This document shows positions 29,670 to 40,100 of a stretch of 64,000 nucleotides of DNA, in pieces (position 1 is the stretch's first letter; each line of letters begins with the position of its first letter). A program made the position numbers and the translations under genes. This DNA is from Polyangiales bacterium (GTDB lineage: Bacteria > Myxococcota_A > Polyangia > Polyangiales > Ga0077539), in the NCBI GenBank assembly GCA_046351555.1, contig JAXLYI010000006.1, forward strand, positions 250,284 to 314,283, given 5' to 3'. The notes under the pieces were generated by a model that saw nothing but the letters and a program-made list of their open reading frames with translations, did no database searches and was not told the DNA's origin.

Positions 29670-31118
29670 TTGACACCCGCGCGCCCGTGCCGTCTCGTCG
29701 CCCCGATGGCACCGAAGAGTCCCCGCCGCATCGAACCGCTCTTAGCACTCGCGGGGGGCGCGCCGATGGGCACGCTCCGCTACACCGCGGCGCTGCTGCT
29801 GTCGCCCGACGGGGCGACGCTGTACTCGGGCCACACCGACGGCCTGCTCGGCGTGTGGGACGCGCGCACCGGGGCGCACCGCGCGACGTGGCGCGCCCCC
29901 GACTCGCGCTCCACCCTCGCGCACCTCGCGCTGTCGCCGTCCGGCGATCGGCTCGTCGCCGCGGTCGACCGCGCGCTGGTGGTGTTCGATGTTGCCAGCG
30001 GGGAGGTCGTCGCGTCGCACCCGGTGCTGCCCGGCGCGGCGCTCTCGATGGCCGCGGTGCCCCCCGGCGACGCCGTGGTGGTCGGGTGCGACGGCGGCGG
30101 CGCGGCGGTGGTCTCCCTCGACGGCGCCGTCCGCGCGACCGTCCGCCACGGCGAGGCGGTGCTGTCGGTGGCGGCGTCGGCCGACGGGCGGGAGTTCGTC
30201 ACCTCGGGGCGCGTCGAGCGCGGGGAGGCGCTGCGCTGGGGCGTCGACGGGCGTGCGCACGGCCGCGTCGGCGCGTCGAGCGACGACCGCGTCACGGCCC
30301 TCGCGTACGACCCCGGGGGCGACGTCTACGTCCTGCGCAACGCCGCGGGCGGGGCCTCGCTGTCGCGCGAGGCGCCCGGCCGGGCGCCGCGCTGGGAGCG
30401 CCGCTACCACGACAACGCCACCGCCCTCCGCGTCCTCGACGGCGGCCGGCGGCTCCTCACCGCGCACCAGGACCGCGCGCTCTGCGTGTGGGACGCCGAC
30501 ACCGGCACGGTGCTCTCGCGCTTCGACTGCGCGGAGGTCGGCGACGCGCGCAACCCCGCGACCGCGCTGGCCGAGCGCCCCGGCGGCCCGCTCTACGCCG
30601 CGCTCGCGTACCTGCGCGTCGCGCGGCTCTCCCGCGACGCGTCCGTGCTGACGCCCGACGACCCGCCGCCCCTCCCGCCGCACGAGGGGGGCGTTCGCGC
30701 GATGGCCTTCGTCGGCGAGAAGGCCCTCGTCACCCTCGGCGCCCGCGGCGACCTCGCGCGCTGGGACCTCACCTGGTCCGACGCGCCGACCCGCGCGACG
30801 CCTGGCGCCGAGGGCGTCGAGCTCGCGGGCGAGCGCGCGGCGGTGCTGCTTCGAACCGCCGGCGGCGTGCTGCGCCTGCACGGGCGCACGCTGAAGCAGG
30901 CCGCGTCGCTCCCGCCGAGCGCGTGGGCGCCTCCCGCCGCGCCCGACCTCCGCGCGGCGCCCGACGGCCTGCGCCTGCACGACGCGTCGGGCGCGCACGT
31001 CGCGACGCTGTCCGGGCCTGTGGGGGCCGCGACGGCCTGGGCGCGCTCGCCGTCGGGCAAGCTCGTGGCCGCGAGCGACGGCGCGAAGCTGCTGGTGTGG
31101 AAGGCGCCGAAGGCGTGA
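29670..31118 (+). CDS. WD40/beta-propeller repeat protein
   Basis: Repeated xLSPDGxxLxS ... VWD units. It lies 22 nt downstream of the kinase. The start may instead be 29705 or 29763. Confidence 0.55.
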   Translation: MTPARPCRLVAPMAPKSPRRIEPLLALAGGAPMGTLRYTAALLLSPDGATLYSGHTDGLLGVWDARTGAHRATWRAPDSRSTLAHLALSPSGDRLVAAVDRALVVFDVASGEVVASHPVLPGAALSMAAVPPGDAVVVGCDGGGAAVVSLDGAVRATVRHGEAVLSVAASADGREFVTSGRVERGEALRWGVDGRAHGRVGASSDDRVTALAYDPGGDVYVLRNAAGGASLSREAPGRAPRWERRYHDNATALRVLDGGRRLLTAHQDRALCVWDADTGTVLSRFDCAEVGDARNPATALAERPGGPLYAALAYLRVARLSRDASVLTPDDPPPLPPHEGGVRAMAFVGEKALVTLGARGDLARWDLTWSDAPTRATPGAEGVELAGERAAVLLRTAGGVLRLHGRTLKQAASLPPSAWAPPAAPDLRAAPDGLRLHDASGAHVATLSGPVGAATAWARSPSGKLVAASDGAKLLVWKAPKA

Positions 31119-31140
31119 CGCGCGCGGCGCGGAGGCGGCT

Positions 31141-31377
31141 TCAGGCGCTCGGCGCCTCCGTCGACCACTCGCGCATGGCCTGGTCGCCGGGGCGGTCGAT
31201 GTGGACCTTGTTGTCGACCGAGGTCACCCAGCTCAGCGGGATGTAGTGGTGGCGACCCTGGTCGTCCCGGGCGAGCTTGATGGTGCTGTCGCCCTCCATG
31301 TGATCGACCACGGCGAACTGCCCGTCCTTCGAGCAGACGACCGGCATGTGGGGCTTGATCTGGTGGATGTCGACCAT
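31141..31377 (-). CDS. DUF2171-like small protein
   Basis: The sequence MVDIHQIKPHMPVVCSKDGQFAVVDHMEGDSTIKLARDD matches the DUF2171 pattern. Confidence 0.55.
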   Translation of the reverse strand: MVDIHQIKPHMPVVCSKDGQFAVVDHMEGDSTIKLARDDQGRHHYIPLSWVTSVDNKVHIDRPGDQAMREWSTEAPSA

Positions 31378-31624
31378 GGCTTTCCTCCTGTGTGAAGACC
31401 CCGGGGGAAGAGCACCGCACATGCCATCGCGGTCTCGCCGGTTCGACGTGCGTTCGAAGGCGCTGGCCCGGCGCGAACGTCACACCACCAGAGGGCGCCT
31501 GTGGCGCAGCGCGACAGGTCCACGCGCCCCGCGCGACGGCGGTGGCCGCTCGACGCGCCGCCCCCGCGGGCCTGGCCTCGCCGCGCGCCACCCTGCAAAT
31601 CACAACGAATTCAAGGCATTTGCG

Positions 31625-31641
31625 TGGGCACGCCGGTTGCG
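31625..31641 (+). promoter_or_regulatory. Candidate sigma-54 (-24/-12) promoter gGGCACG-N4-TTGCG
   Basis: GG and GC are separated by 10 nt as in TGGCAC-N5-TTGC. It lies 16 nt upstream of ATG 31657. An AT-richer imperfect palindrome caaatcacaacgaattcaaggcatttg is adjacent. Confidence 0.3.
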
Positions 31642-31656
31642 ATCCGCGGCGCCGTC

Positions 31657-32385
31657 ATGAACCTCAACACGCCTCGCCTCGCGCTCGTCGCGCTCGCCTC
31701 GCTGGCCCCGCTCGCCGGCTGCGCCACCGTCACCCCGCCGCCGCCCGTCATGGCGCTGGAGGGCGCGTCGCGCGGCGCCGCGGGCGGCACCTCGGTCACG
31801 GCCTTCGGCGGCGCCAACGCGGGCGTGTTCCTCGAGTCCGCCCTCGGCGGGGGCGCGCGCGTCGCGCACCGCGTGTCCGACGAGGTCTCCCTCGGCGTCG
31901 AGGGGGTGGCCGGCGCGGTGATCGACTCGAACGGCGACCCGGCGTCCCCGCGGCGGCTCTTCGCCGGGCGCGCGCACGTGCAGCTCAACCCGGGGGCGAG
32001 CGAGCACCTCGCGCTCACGCTCGGCTTCGGGGGCGGGGGCGCGAACAACGACCTCGGCTACGTCACCGCGGACGTCGGGGCGCGCGTCTCGACCCGCGTC
32101 GCGCGCGGCGTGCTCGAGCCCTACGCGGGCGCGGTGCTCGCGGGCAGCGTCCCCGTCTCGGCGCCCGCCGAGGCGGTGCAGCGCGTCGAGGGCGGCGACC
32201 ACCGGTACGCGGCCACGGCGTACGCCGGCCTCGACCTCGGGCTCGTGGTGCGCGCGACCGAGCGGCTCGACGTGGCGTTCGACGTGCTGCTGCTCGGCGG
32301 CGTCAGCGCGTCGAACAACGCGCTCATGGCGACGCCCACGCTCGGGCTCCGGTACAACTTCGGCGCGCCCCGCGCCGCGCGCTGA
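31657..32385 (+). CDS. Outer-membrane beta-barrel lipoprotein (putative)
   Basis: Lipobox PLAGC. Alternating beta-strand pattern. C-terminal LGLRYNFG-type OMP signature. Confidence 0.5.
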   Translation: MNLNTPRLALVALASLAPLAGCATVTPPPPVMALEGASRGAAGGTSVTAFGGANAGVFLESALGGGARVAHRVSDEVSLGVEGVAGAVIDSNGDPASPRRLFAGRAHVQLNPGASEHLALTLGFGGGGANNDLGYVTADVGARVSTRVARGVLEPYAGAVLAGSVPVSAPAEAVQRVEGGDHRYAATAYAGLDLGLVVRATERLDVAFDVLLLGGVSASNNALMATPTLGLRYNFGAPRAAR

Positions 32386-32403
32386 GTTGCGCGCCGGCGC
32401 GCG

Positions 32404-34708
32404 CTACGGCGTCGGCCGGAAGCGGATGCGCGTGCCCGTGGTGTTCGAGCACACGGCGCCGCCGGAGGCGCAGCCGAGCGCGAAGGGCCCGGCGTACCCG
32501 GGCGAGCGGAACCCGACGATCCCGATGCGGCCGGCGGCGAGGATCGTCCCCTCCTGCGTGAGGACGTCGACGGTGCCGTCGGCCTCGTTGAGCACGGCCT
32601 CGGTGGTGATCGAGCCCCCGGCGGGCGCGCTTGCGAGGCGGCTGCCTGCCCACTCGACGACGAAGCGCCGCGAGGGCGAGGCGCCGACGGTGGCGACGCA
32701 CACGCCCTCGGCGCTCGACACGAGGTCGGCGAGGAAGGGGACGACGCCGTCGAGCGCGGACTCGGAGCCGATCGGGCCGCTCAGGGTCATGTTGAACGAG
32801 GGGTTGAGGGAGAAGAACCCGTTGGAGGAGATCCGCACCGCGCTGCCCACCCGGTAGAGCCGGTCGAAGAAGGGGAACGCGAACGGGAGCGCGGACTCCG
32901 CGAAGGCGTCGTCGGCGTTCCGCAGCACGTGGGCGGCCCCGGGCGCGGCGCAGGCGTCGACGAAGGTCGCCGACGCGGGCGGCGCCTCGCGCGCGTACGT
33001 CTGGGTCGGCACGAAGGGGACGCACGCGCCCGCGCGGCAGTGGCCGGAGGCGCGCGGGCCCGTGCCGCAGGCGCGGCCGCACGCGCCGCAGTGGGCGGGG
33101 TCGCTCTGCAGGTCGACGCACCAGCCGTCGCATGCGGCGAGGGGCGGCGCGCACGCGGCCGGCGCGCCCACGGCGAAGGTCGCGGGGCAGTGGCCGACGT
33201 ACGCCCGCCCCGCCGCGCCGCCGACCTCGCTCGCGCCGCTCTGGGACCAGAACCACCGGCCGCGCGCCGGCGACGCCGTGAAGCCGTCGGGCGGGGGCGA
33301 CGCGAACGTCCGGAGCACCGTGGTCTGCCCGTCGGGCACGCGCACCCGCACGGCCTGATCGCCCATCATGCCCGCGAGGTAGAGGTGGTTGTCGAAGAAC
33401 TCCGCCACGCCCGCGCGGAGGTTCGGGACCGCCCACATCCAGCCGAGGTGGACGACCCGGCCCGTGGCGAGCGAGAGGTCGTAGAGGTCCCACCGGTCGA
33501 CCTGGGCGAGGGATTCGACGACGAACACCAGGCGCCCCGCGCCCGGGACGACCCTCGGGGAAGCGCGGACGGTGCTCTCGTTGAGGTCGACGACGGGGCT
33601 CAGCGCGATCCGACGCGCCGCCGGCCCCGACGGGTACGCGTCGTTCTCGTAGAGCAGCGCCGGGGAGTTCGACCACGGCACGGTCTCCTCGCGGAACATG
33701 CCGACGTCGTTGTGCCACACGAGCGCGGTAGGCGGGCCGGGGGAGCAGCGCGAGCGTGTCGATGTCGTGCTCGAGCAGGCCATCCCCGCCGACGATCGGG
33801 CTGGCGTAGGGGGGCCCCGGCTGTTCCACGAGGCGGCACCCGTCGAGGGAGAGCGAGGTGATCTGCAGCGTGGGCGTGGGCGTGGGCGGCGGGGCGGCGC
33901 ACGTGCCCGCGGCGCACCCCAGGCCCGCCCCGCACGCGCGCCCGCAGACGCCGCAGTTCGCCGGGTCGGTCGCCGTGTCGACGCACGCGCCGCAGAGGGT
34001 CATGCCCGGCGGGCACGCGCAGACCGCGCCAACGCACGCGAGCCCCGCCGCGCACGCGCGCCCGCAACCGCCGCAGTGCGCCGCGCTCGCGCCGGTGTCG
34101 ACGCACGCCCCGCCGCAGCGGGTCGTCCCCTCGGCGCAGGCCGCGTCGGGCGCGACGTCCGGGGCCGCGTCGATCGTCGCGTCGTCCGCCACGTCGTCTG
34201 CATCGCCCGCGTCATCCGACACGTCATCGCCCGCGTCCGCGAGCTCCGCGCCCACGAAGCCCTCGCTGAAGTGCGTGACCTGCGCGGTCAGCGCCGCGCC
34301 CGTCACTGCACCGCCCAACGGCTCGTAGCCCGTGCCCCCGCGCCGCGACCAGTAGAGCTGCGCCCGGCTCGGGTCGCCCGAGAACGCCAGCGTGACGGAC
34401 AGGGGGCGCGCGAACGTGATCCCCTCGGGCGAGGCGCGGTACACCGGCGAGTAGCCCGTGTAGCCCGCGGGCACGGGCGCGGCGGTCGGCACGATCGAGA
34501 GATCGACCTCGCGGTCGAGCGCGCCCGAGGGCACGACGACCGTGATCGCGCGCCCGACGAGCGTCGCGCCCCCCGGCCCCACCCGGCCCTGAACGCCCGG
34601 CGACGTCGGCGCATCGGAGGAGGCGTCGGGCGCGACGGCCGGGCCCTCGCACGACGGCAGCGCCGCGGCGAAGAGGGCGCACGAGGGCCAAAGACGGCGC
34701 GGGTCCAT
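32404..34708 (-). CDS. Secreted myxo-type Cys-rich repeat protein with an apparent frameshift
   Basis: Signal peptide. Repeats of CGGACVDTxxDxxNCGxCGxAC. Two frames (794-aa and 459-aa ORFs) join if one C is removed from the C5 run at + strand G5 33738-33742. Confidence 0.55.
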
Positions 34709-34793
34709 CGCGGGGTGCGTTGCCGTCGAGGCGGCGCGTGTTCACGCGGCGCGCGTGATCCCGCGGGTGCGCGGTCGCAGCGAGCGCGGGCCG

Positions 34794-35471
34794 CTACCGG
34801 GGTGCGGCTGGGGGCGCCTCGGGCGAGGTCGTTCGGTACCGGACGGACGCGAGGACGAGCAGCCACGACCCGAGGCGCCCGCGGCGCACTTGCACACGAA
34901 ACACGCCGAGCCTCCGGGGCGTCTCGGGGCTGCGGAAGAAAGAGCCGCGGGCCCGCGCGCCGTCCAAACAGGTGCAGGTGACGACGCACGTGTAGCCCCG
35001 GCAGCGGGTCACCTCGCACGTCGCCTCGCGCGGCGGCCCGGCGTCGCGCGCGTCGAGGTAGAAGGCCACCCCGCTCAGCCCCAGCGCCAGCCAGAGCGTG
35101 AGGAGGAGCCAGATCGGGGCGGCGACGAAGAGGGCCCCGAACGCCTGGATCGCCAGCCCCGCGCCCCGCGGCGTGAAGTCCGGCACGGCGTCCGCAACCT
35201 TTCGTCGCGCCCGCCAGGCCCGCACGGCCGCGGCGAGGACGAGGCCCACGGCCACCGCCACGGCGGACGCGGCGGCGGCCCAGCGGAAGGCGGCGTTCGA
35301 CGCGTGCTGATCGATCGCCAGGAGCCCGCGCGTGAGCTTCCCGCCCACGAGCGGCGAGGCGCAGGACAGGGCGAAACACGCGATCATCGCGGCGGCGCCT
35401 GCCGGGTTCACCGACCTCCGCGGCGGGCCGGCGGGGGCGCCCGGGGCCCGGCGGTAGACCGACTCGCTCAT
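34794..35471 (-). CDS. Hypothetical membrane protein
   Basis: Starts MSESVYRR. Several hydrophobic TM-like segments. Divergent from the phosphoesterase. Confidence 0.35.
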   Translation of the reverse strand: MSESVYRRAPGAPAGPPRRSVNPAGAAAMIACFALSCASPLVGGKLTRGLLAIDQHASNAAFRWAAAASAVAVAVGLVLAAAVRAWRARRKVADAVPDFTPRGAGLAIQAFGALFVAAPIWLLLTLWLALGLSGVAFYLDARDAGPPREATCEVTRCRGYTCVVTCTCLDGARARGSFFRSPETPRRLGVFRVQVRRGRLGSWLLVLASVRYRTTSPEAPPAAPR

Positions 35472-35573
35472 GGCGCGCGAGGATACCGCGACGCCTCCGG
35501 CCCTTGCTCCGCCTTCCGCGCCGGGCTGCGCTCGCCGGTGACATCGGCGGGGGGCCGGTGCATCCTCGCGCCC

Positions 35574-36872
35574 ATGCGATGCACCCACTGGCTCCTCGGC
35601 GCGCCGCTCCTCCTCGCGGCGTGCAGCGACGAGGCCGCGCCCGCCCCCGCGCCCGCCGGCCCCCGCGCCCGCACCAACATCCAGCACGTGGTGGTGGTCT
35701 GGCAGGAGAACCACACCTTCGACAACTACTTCGGGCGCTACTGCACCGCGGCGCCCGGCTCCAACCCCGCGTGCACCGAGGGCCCCGCGTGCTGCGAGGC
35801 CGCGCCGGCGCGCGAGGCGTCGGGCGCCGCGCCGATCGCCCTCGACGACGCCAGCAACGCCCGCCGCGACCCCGACCACAGCCGCGCCTGCGAGTCGCAG
35901 CAGGTCAACGGCGGCGCGATGGACCGCTTCGTCGCGGGCGCCGCGGTGCCCGGGTGCAGCGACCCGGGCAACTTCGCGGTGGCCGCGCCCGAGGCGGTGG
36001 CGGCGTACCACGCTTTCGCGCGGGAGGGCGCGCTGGCCGACCGGTACTTCCAGCCCGAGGTGGGGTCGACCTCCGCCAACGACATGCACCTCGCGGTGGC
36101 GCGCCACGTCTTCGACGACAACACCGTCGCGCCGGAGGCCGACCACGCCGAGTGCAACAGCCTCTCGCCGCGGATGCGCCTCACGGGCCGCACGGTGGCC
36201 GACGTGGTGCTCGACGCGGGCTTCACCTTCGCGACGTACATCGAGGGCTACGCGGCCGCGCGGGCGTCGCTGCCCGACTGCGCCCAGGCGCCCGACGAGT
36301 GCCCGGCCCACCGCAACATCTACCCCTGCACCTACGACCCGTCGGACATCCCCTTCGCGTACTACGGCCGCTTCGCCGACAACCCGACGTACATGCGCGA
36401 CCACGGGCAGCTCGCCCGCGACGTCGCGGCCGGGGCGCTCCCGCACGTGTCGTATGTGAAGGCGATCGGGTACCGCACCGAGCACCCGGGCTACGGCACC
36501 ACGATCGGCGACGGGATGCGCTTCGTGTCGAGCCTCGTCTCGCTCATCCGCGGGTCGCGGTACGCCAACGACACGCTGATCCTGCTGACGTGGGACGAGG
36601 GCGGCGGCTACTACGACCACGTCGCGCCGCCGGGGCGCAGCGCGGTCGACATGCAGGAGTACGGCACGCGCGTCCCGCTGGTCGCGATCGGCCGCTTCGC
36701 GCGGCGCAACCGCGTCTCGCACGTGACGATGGAGCACGCGTCGATCGTGAAGTTCATCGAGTTCAACTACACGGGGGCGACGGGGCAGCTCGGGGCGCGC
36801 GACGCGTCCGCGGCCAACCTCGGGAGCCTGCTCGACCCCGCCGCCACCGGGACCGCCGTCCCCGAGCGCTGA
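35574..36872 (+). CDS. Phosphoesterase-family protein (phospholipase C / acid phosphatase AcpA-like)
   Basis: Lipobox LLAACSD. Signature VVVWQENHTFDNYFG. C-terminal TWDEGGGYYDHV. Confidence 0.75.
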   Translation: MRCTHWLLGAPLLLAACSDEAAPAPAPAGPRARTNIQHVVVVWQENHTFDNYFGRYCTAAPGSNPACTEGPACCEAAPAREASGAAPIALDDASNARRDPDHSRACESQQVNGGAMDRFVAGAAVPGCSDPGNFAVAAPEAVAAYHAFAREGALADRYFQPEVGSTSANDMHLAVARHVFDDNTVAPEADHAECNSLSPRMRLTGRTVADVVLDAGFTFATYIEGYAAARASLPDCAQAPDECPAHRNIYPCTYDPSDIPFAYYGRFADNPTYMRDHGQLARDVAAGALPHVSYVKAIGYRTEHPGYGTTIGDGMRFVSSLVSLIRGSRYANDTLILLTWDEGGGYYDHVAPPGRSAVDMQEYGTRVPLVAIGRFARRNRVSHVTMEHASIVKFIEFNYTGATGQLGARDASAANLGSLLDPAATGTAVPER

Positions 36873-37772
36873 CTACGCCTCGGGGTCGCCCTCGCGCAGC
36901 GCGGCCACCGCGGCGGCGACGGCCCCGGGGCGCGGGAGCCCGGCGTTGACGAGGGCCTTGCTGAAGGCCGACGCCGAGGCGAAGCCCATCGCGCGGCCCA
37001 CCGCCTCGGCCCCCGCGCCGGGCGCCGTCATGAAGCCCGCGCCGAGCAGGAGCCGCCGGCGGTTGCGCGCGTCGATCCAGCCCTCGGCGTTGAAGCCGAA
37101 GCGCTGGTGGAACTCCACCACCACGCGCTGGAAGTGCCGCACCGAGAGCCCCATCTGCGACTCGACGGAGCCCTTGAGGCGCTCGGACGCGAGGTCGGAC
37201 AGCAGCCGGTCGAGCGCGTCGCTGAGCCGCTGGAGCTGCGGGTCGTCGGCGCCGTCGAACGCCCCCGCGAGGCGCCCCACCGGGAGCCCCTGCGCGCCGA
37301 GCACCTCGCCCCAGGCGTCGAGCGCGCCGTCGTCGCGGCGCCTCTCGCGCACGGCGTCGAAGGCCGCATGGGCCGCGTCGAGGTCGCGCGCGGCGAGGCG
37401 CAGGGGCCGCGCGCGGTCGGGCGGCGCGGCGTGGCGGGCGGCGTCGCACTCGCACACGAGGCTGGCGTAGCGCGCGCCCTCCTGGCGCATCACCACGGCG
37501 GCCTTCTGGGGCATCGCCAGCGCGTCGCCGGGCGCGAGCCAGTGGTGCGCGCCGTCGAGCGAGACGCGCGCCCGCCCGTCGAGCACCACCGTGACGACCG
37601 GCCGCGCGAGGTGCCCGCGCCGCGCGAAGGCGCGCAGCGAGAGGGCGTCTTCCGAGGTGACCGCGGCGTTGTCGACCGCGTGAAGACGCGCCTCGGCGCT
37701 CACCAGAGCCGCGGTGGAGAAGCGGGCGCCGAGCGACTCGATGGCGGTGGTGCGGGTCGACCAGATCGGCAT
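36873..37772 (-). CDS. AraC-family transcriptional regulator
   Basis: C-terminal AraC HTH (MGFASASAFSKA). Confidence 0.75.
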   Translation of the reverse strand: MPIWSTRTTAIESLGARFSTAALVSAEARLHAVDNAAVTSEDALSLRAFARRGHLARPVVTVVLDGRARVSLDGAHHWLAPGDALAMPQKAAVVMRQEGARYASLVCECDAARHAAPPDRARPLRLAARDLDAAHAAFDAVRERRRDDGALDAWGEVLGAQGLPVGRLAGAFDGADDPQLQRLSDALDRLLSDLASERLKGSVESQMGLSVRHFQRVVVEFHQRFGFNAEGWIDARNRRRLLLGAGFMTAPGAGAEAVGRAMGFASASAFSKALVNAGLPRPGAVAAAVAALREGDPEA

Positions 37773-37854
37773 CGCGGGCGCAGGTGCCCGGGAGCCTATC
37801 GCGGGGTGACGGTTCTCCGCGACGCGGAACGGGCGCGACGCCGCGCCGCGCGGG

Positions 37855-39063
37855 TCACGGGTGGTGGTACCAGTACGCCCCCATCGGGAGGGCGGCGTAC
37901 GCGCCGGGGGGCATGTTGTCGGTGGAGCTGGTGACCGCGACCACGCGGCGGTTGGCGCCCGTCGCGGCGGGGACGTTGGTGAACTGGATCCCCGTGAGCG
38001 TGGGGAAGGTGAAGCGCATCGGCTCGCTCACGTCGGTGAGGTTGATCGGCGCGCGGTAGAAGGTCGACGGCGTGGTGCTCGGCTCCTCGAGCTCGCCGCC
38101 GAGGGCGCGCGCGATCACCGTGCCCGTCATCGACGAGGCCGAGACGTGGTTGTGGAAGGACACCCCCCGCCACGCGCAGCCCGCGCCGGCGCAGTCGAAG
38201 GTGACGCCCGGCTCCACGACGAGCCCCGCGGTGTTGTCGTCGGAGCCGCCGACCGAGACGCTCTCGTCGGGCGCGATGAGGACGCGGTTGGGCCCGGCGA
38301 TGGTCGTCGTCGCGCGGGTGACGTTGAGCGACCCGAGCACGTGGATGGGCACGGGCTGCGGCCGGACGGTACCGCCGGCGGCGATGGCCCCGCCCTCCAC
38401 CAGGATCTCGCGCGCCATGCCCGCGGCGTCGACGGTGATCGCGGGGAGCTCGACGAGGCGCTCCTGGCGGAGGTGGACGGCGGCGAGCGCGGGCGACTCG
38501 ACGCGCACGCCGGCCGACGCCGGGGCCAGCGGGCCGAACACCTCGAGCCCGTGCCCGCGGCTCTGCGAGAACACCACGTCGTCGAGCAGCAGGGCGGTGC
38601 TGGCGTTGTGCTGGAGGAGCCCCTCGCCGTGGTCGCCGCCGCCGGAGACGCGGACGTGGTGGAGCTCGAGGCGCGCCGGCGCCTGGTCGCTGCCGCTGTC
38701 GGCGGTGGTGACGACGCGCCAGGGCGCCGCGCCCTTCGCGCGCAGCACGACGGGGGCCTGCGCGGTCCCCTGCGCGACGAGCCCGCCGGGGCCGTTGACG
38801 TGGAGGCTGGTGCCGGGCGCGAACTCGATCGCCACGCCGGCCTCGATGGTGAGGCCGCCGCTGAAACTCGTCTCGACGCTGAGGTCGTAGGGCGAGCACG
38901 CGGCGGTCAGGGTGACGGGGTTGCTGCCGCCGAGCATCGCGAGGTCGCGGGGGGTCGTGCACGTGCCGCCGGGGTCGCCGCAGCCGACGGCGAGGGGCGC
39001 GAGCGCGAGGGCGAACAGCGGGAGCGAGCGGGGCGGGAAGGTCTGCTTCATCGGGTGCCTCAT
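37855..39063 (-). CDS. Lipoprotein, probable right-handed beta-helix
   Basis: Lipobox LAVGCG. Repetitive G/V/A-rich turns typical of pectate-lyase-like beta-helix. Overlaps the upstream gene by 4 nt. Confidence 0.5.
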   Translation of the reverse strand: MRHPMKQTFPPRSLPLFALALAPLAVGCGDPGGTCTTPRDLAMLGGSNPVTLTAACSPYDLSVETSFSGGLTIEAGVAIEFAPGTSLHVNGPGGLVAQGTAQAPVVLRAKGAAPWRVVTTADSGSDQAPARLELHHVRVSGGGDHGEGLLQHNASTALLLDDVVFSQSRGHGLEVFGPLAPASAGVRVESPALAAVHLRQERLVELPAITVDAAGMAREILVEGGAIAAGGTVRPQPVPIHVLGSLNVTRATTTIAGPNRVLIAPDESVSVGGSDDNTAGLVVEPGVTFDCAGAGCAWRGVSFHNHVSASSMTGTVIARALGGELEEPSTTPSTFYRAPINLTDVSEPMRFTFPTLTGIQFTNVPAATGANRRVVAVTSSTDNMPPGAYAALPMGAYWYHHP

Positions 39064-39866
39064 GCCCCGGATGTACGGACCTCCGCGCGCAGACCCGCCA
39101 TGTCATTTTCGGACGTCGCGCCCGCCACGAGGCGGCGCGCCGAACGAGCGGTCACGCGCGCGAGCGCGGCGGCCCAGTTGGTCGCGGTGAGCGGCACGAG
39201 GCCGAGCACGAACTCGCCGTTCACGTGGCCCGGGTTGATGCGGGCGTAGAAGGCGACGTCGGGGTCGCGCAGGGCCTCGGGCTCGATCGCGACGTTGCCG
39301 TCGACGTACACGAGGTCGGCGTAGGGGTTCGCGCCCGCCGACGGCTTGTCCATCGCGTCGGTCACAGAGGCGAGGAGCGCGCGCTCGCGCGCGGGCGGGG
39401 ACGCGTCGGGGCGGGGCCAGTACTCCGCGAAGTTGCGCGGCATCAGCAGGTAGCTCTTGTACGAGCTCGCCGCGAAGAGCCAGTAGACGCGGCGCCCCGG
39501 GTGGGCTCGGCGCTCGCGGAGGTAGTAGCGGAAGCCCACGCGCTGGATGACGTTGCGCCCGCGCAGCGCGGGCAGGAGGCACACGCGGCCGGTGAAGATC
39601 AGCGTGTGCGGGCGGCCCTGCCACTCGGGGCGGAAGACGCGCACGCCGCCGAAGCCGACGACGGCGCCCGCCTGCGACACGACGAAGACCTCGTCCATCG
39701 CGCGCAGCCCCTCGGCCATCACCTCGCGCGTGGTGCGGGCCACCGTGCGGAAGACCTCCCACAGCGCGTCGAGCTCGCCGTCGGTGAGCGCGTCCGCGCG
39801 CCGGTACTCGATGTGGAACGGCGCGGCGGCGGCGTGGCGGGGGGCGACCGTGATGGAGGGCGTCAT
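39060..39866 (-). CDS. Hypothetical protein (possible acyltransferase-like fold)
   Basis: Real-looking composition from MTPSITV. The N-terminal part of the listed 554-aa ORF is junk. It heads an ATGA-coupled operon and is divergent from the RNA ligase. Confidence 0.4.
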   Translation of the reverse strand: MTPSITVAPRHAAAAPFHIEYRRADALTDGELDALWEVFRTVARTTREVMAEGLRAMDEVFVVSQAGAVVGFGGVRVFRPEWQGRPHTLIFTGRVCLLPALRGRNVIQRVGFRYYLRERRAHPGRRVYWLFAASSYKSYLLMPRNFAEYWPRPDASPPARERALLASVTDAMDKPSAGANPYADLVYVDGNVAIEPEALRDPDVAFYARINPGHVNGEFVLGLVPLTATNWAAALARVTARSARRLVAGATSENDMAGLRAEVRTSGA

Positions 39867-40100
39867 CGTCCGCGACGCAGTGCAGCCGCGGTGCCGTACG
39901 CGTTTCCGCGGGAGATGCGGGGCTCGCGCGTGCCGCGAGGGCGCGTCGGCCTCGTGGCGCGTCCGACACGGCGTGGCGCCGGCGCGACGCCCCCAGGGTC
40001 CGTGCGTGCTGACGCGCTCCGCCCCGCGCGTTGCCCCGCGGCGCGCCGCTGCTACCCTGCGCGCCCCTCCATCCCCTCGCGCTGCCCCGAGGCGCCCGCC

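Noticed and set aside
26303-29773. 1156-aa - strand ORF
   Set aside because: Antisense of the hybrid histidine kinase.
31346-31660. 104-aa + ORF and 31392..32561 + ORF
   Set aside because: R/G-rich frames overlapping the DUF2171 gene and the divergent promoter region. The OMP lipoprotein start at 31657 with a lipobox is preferred.
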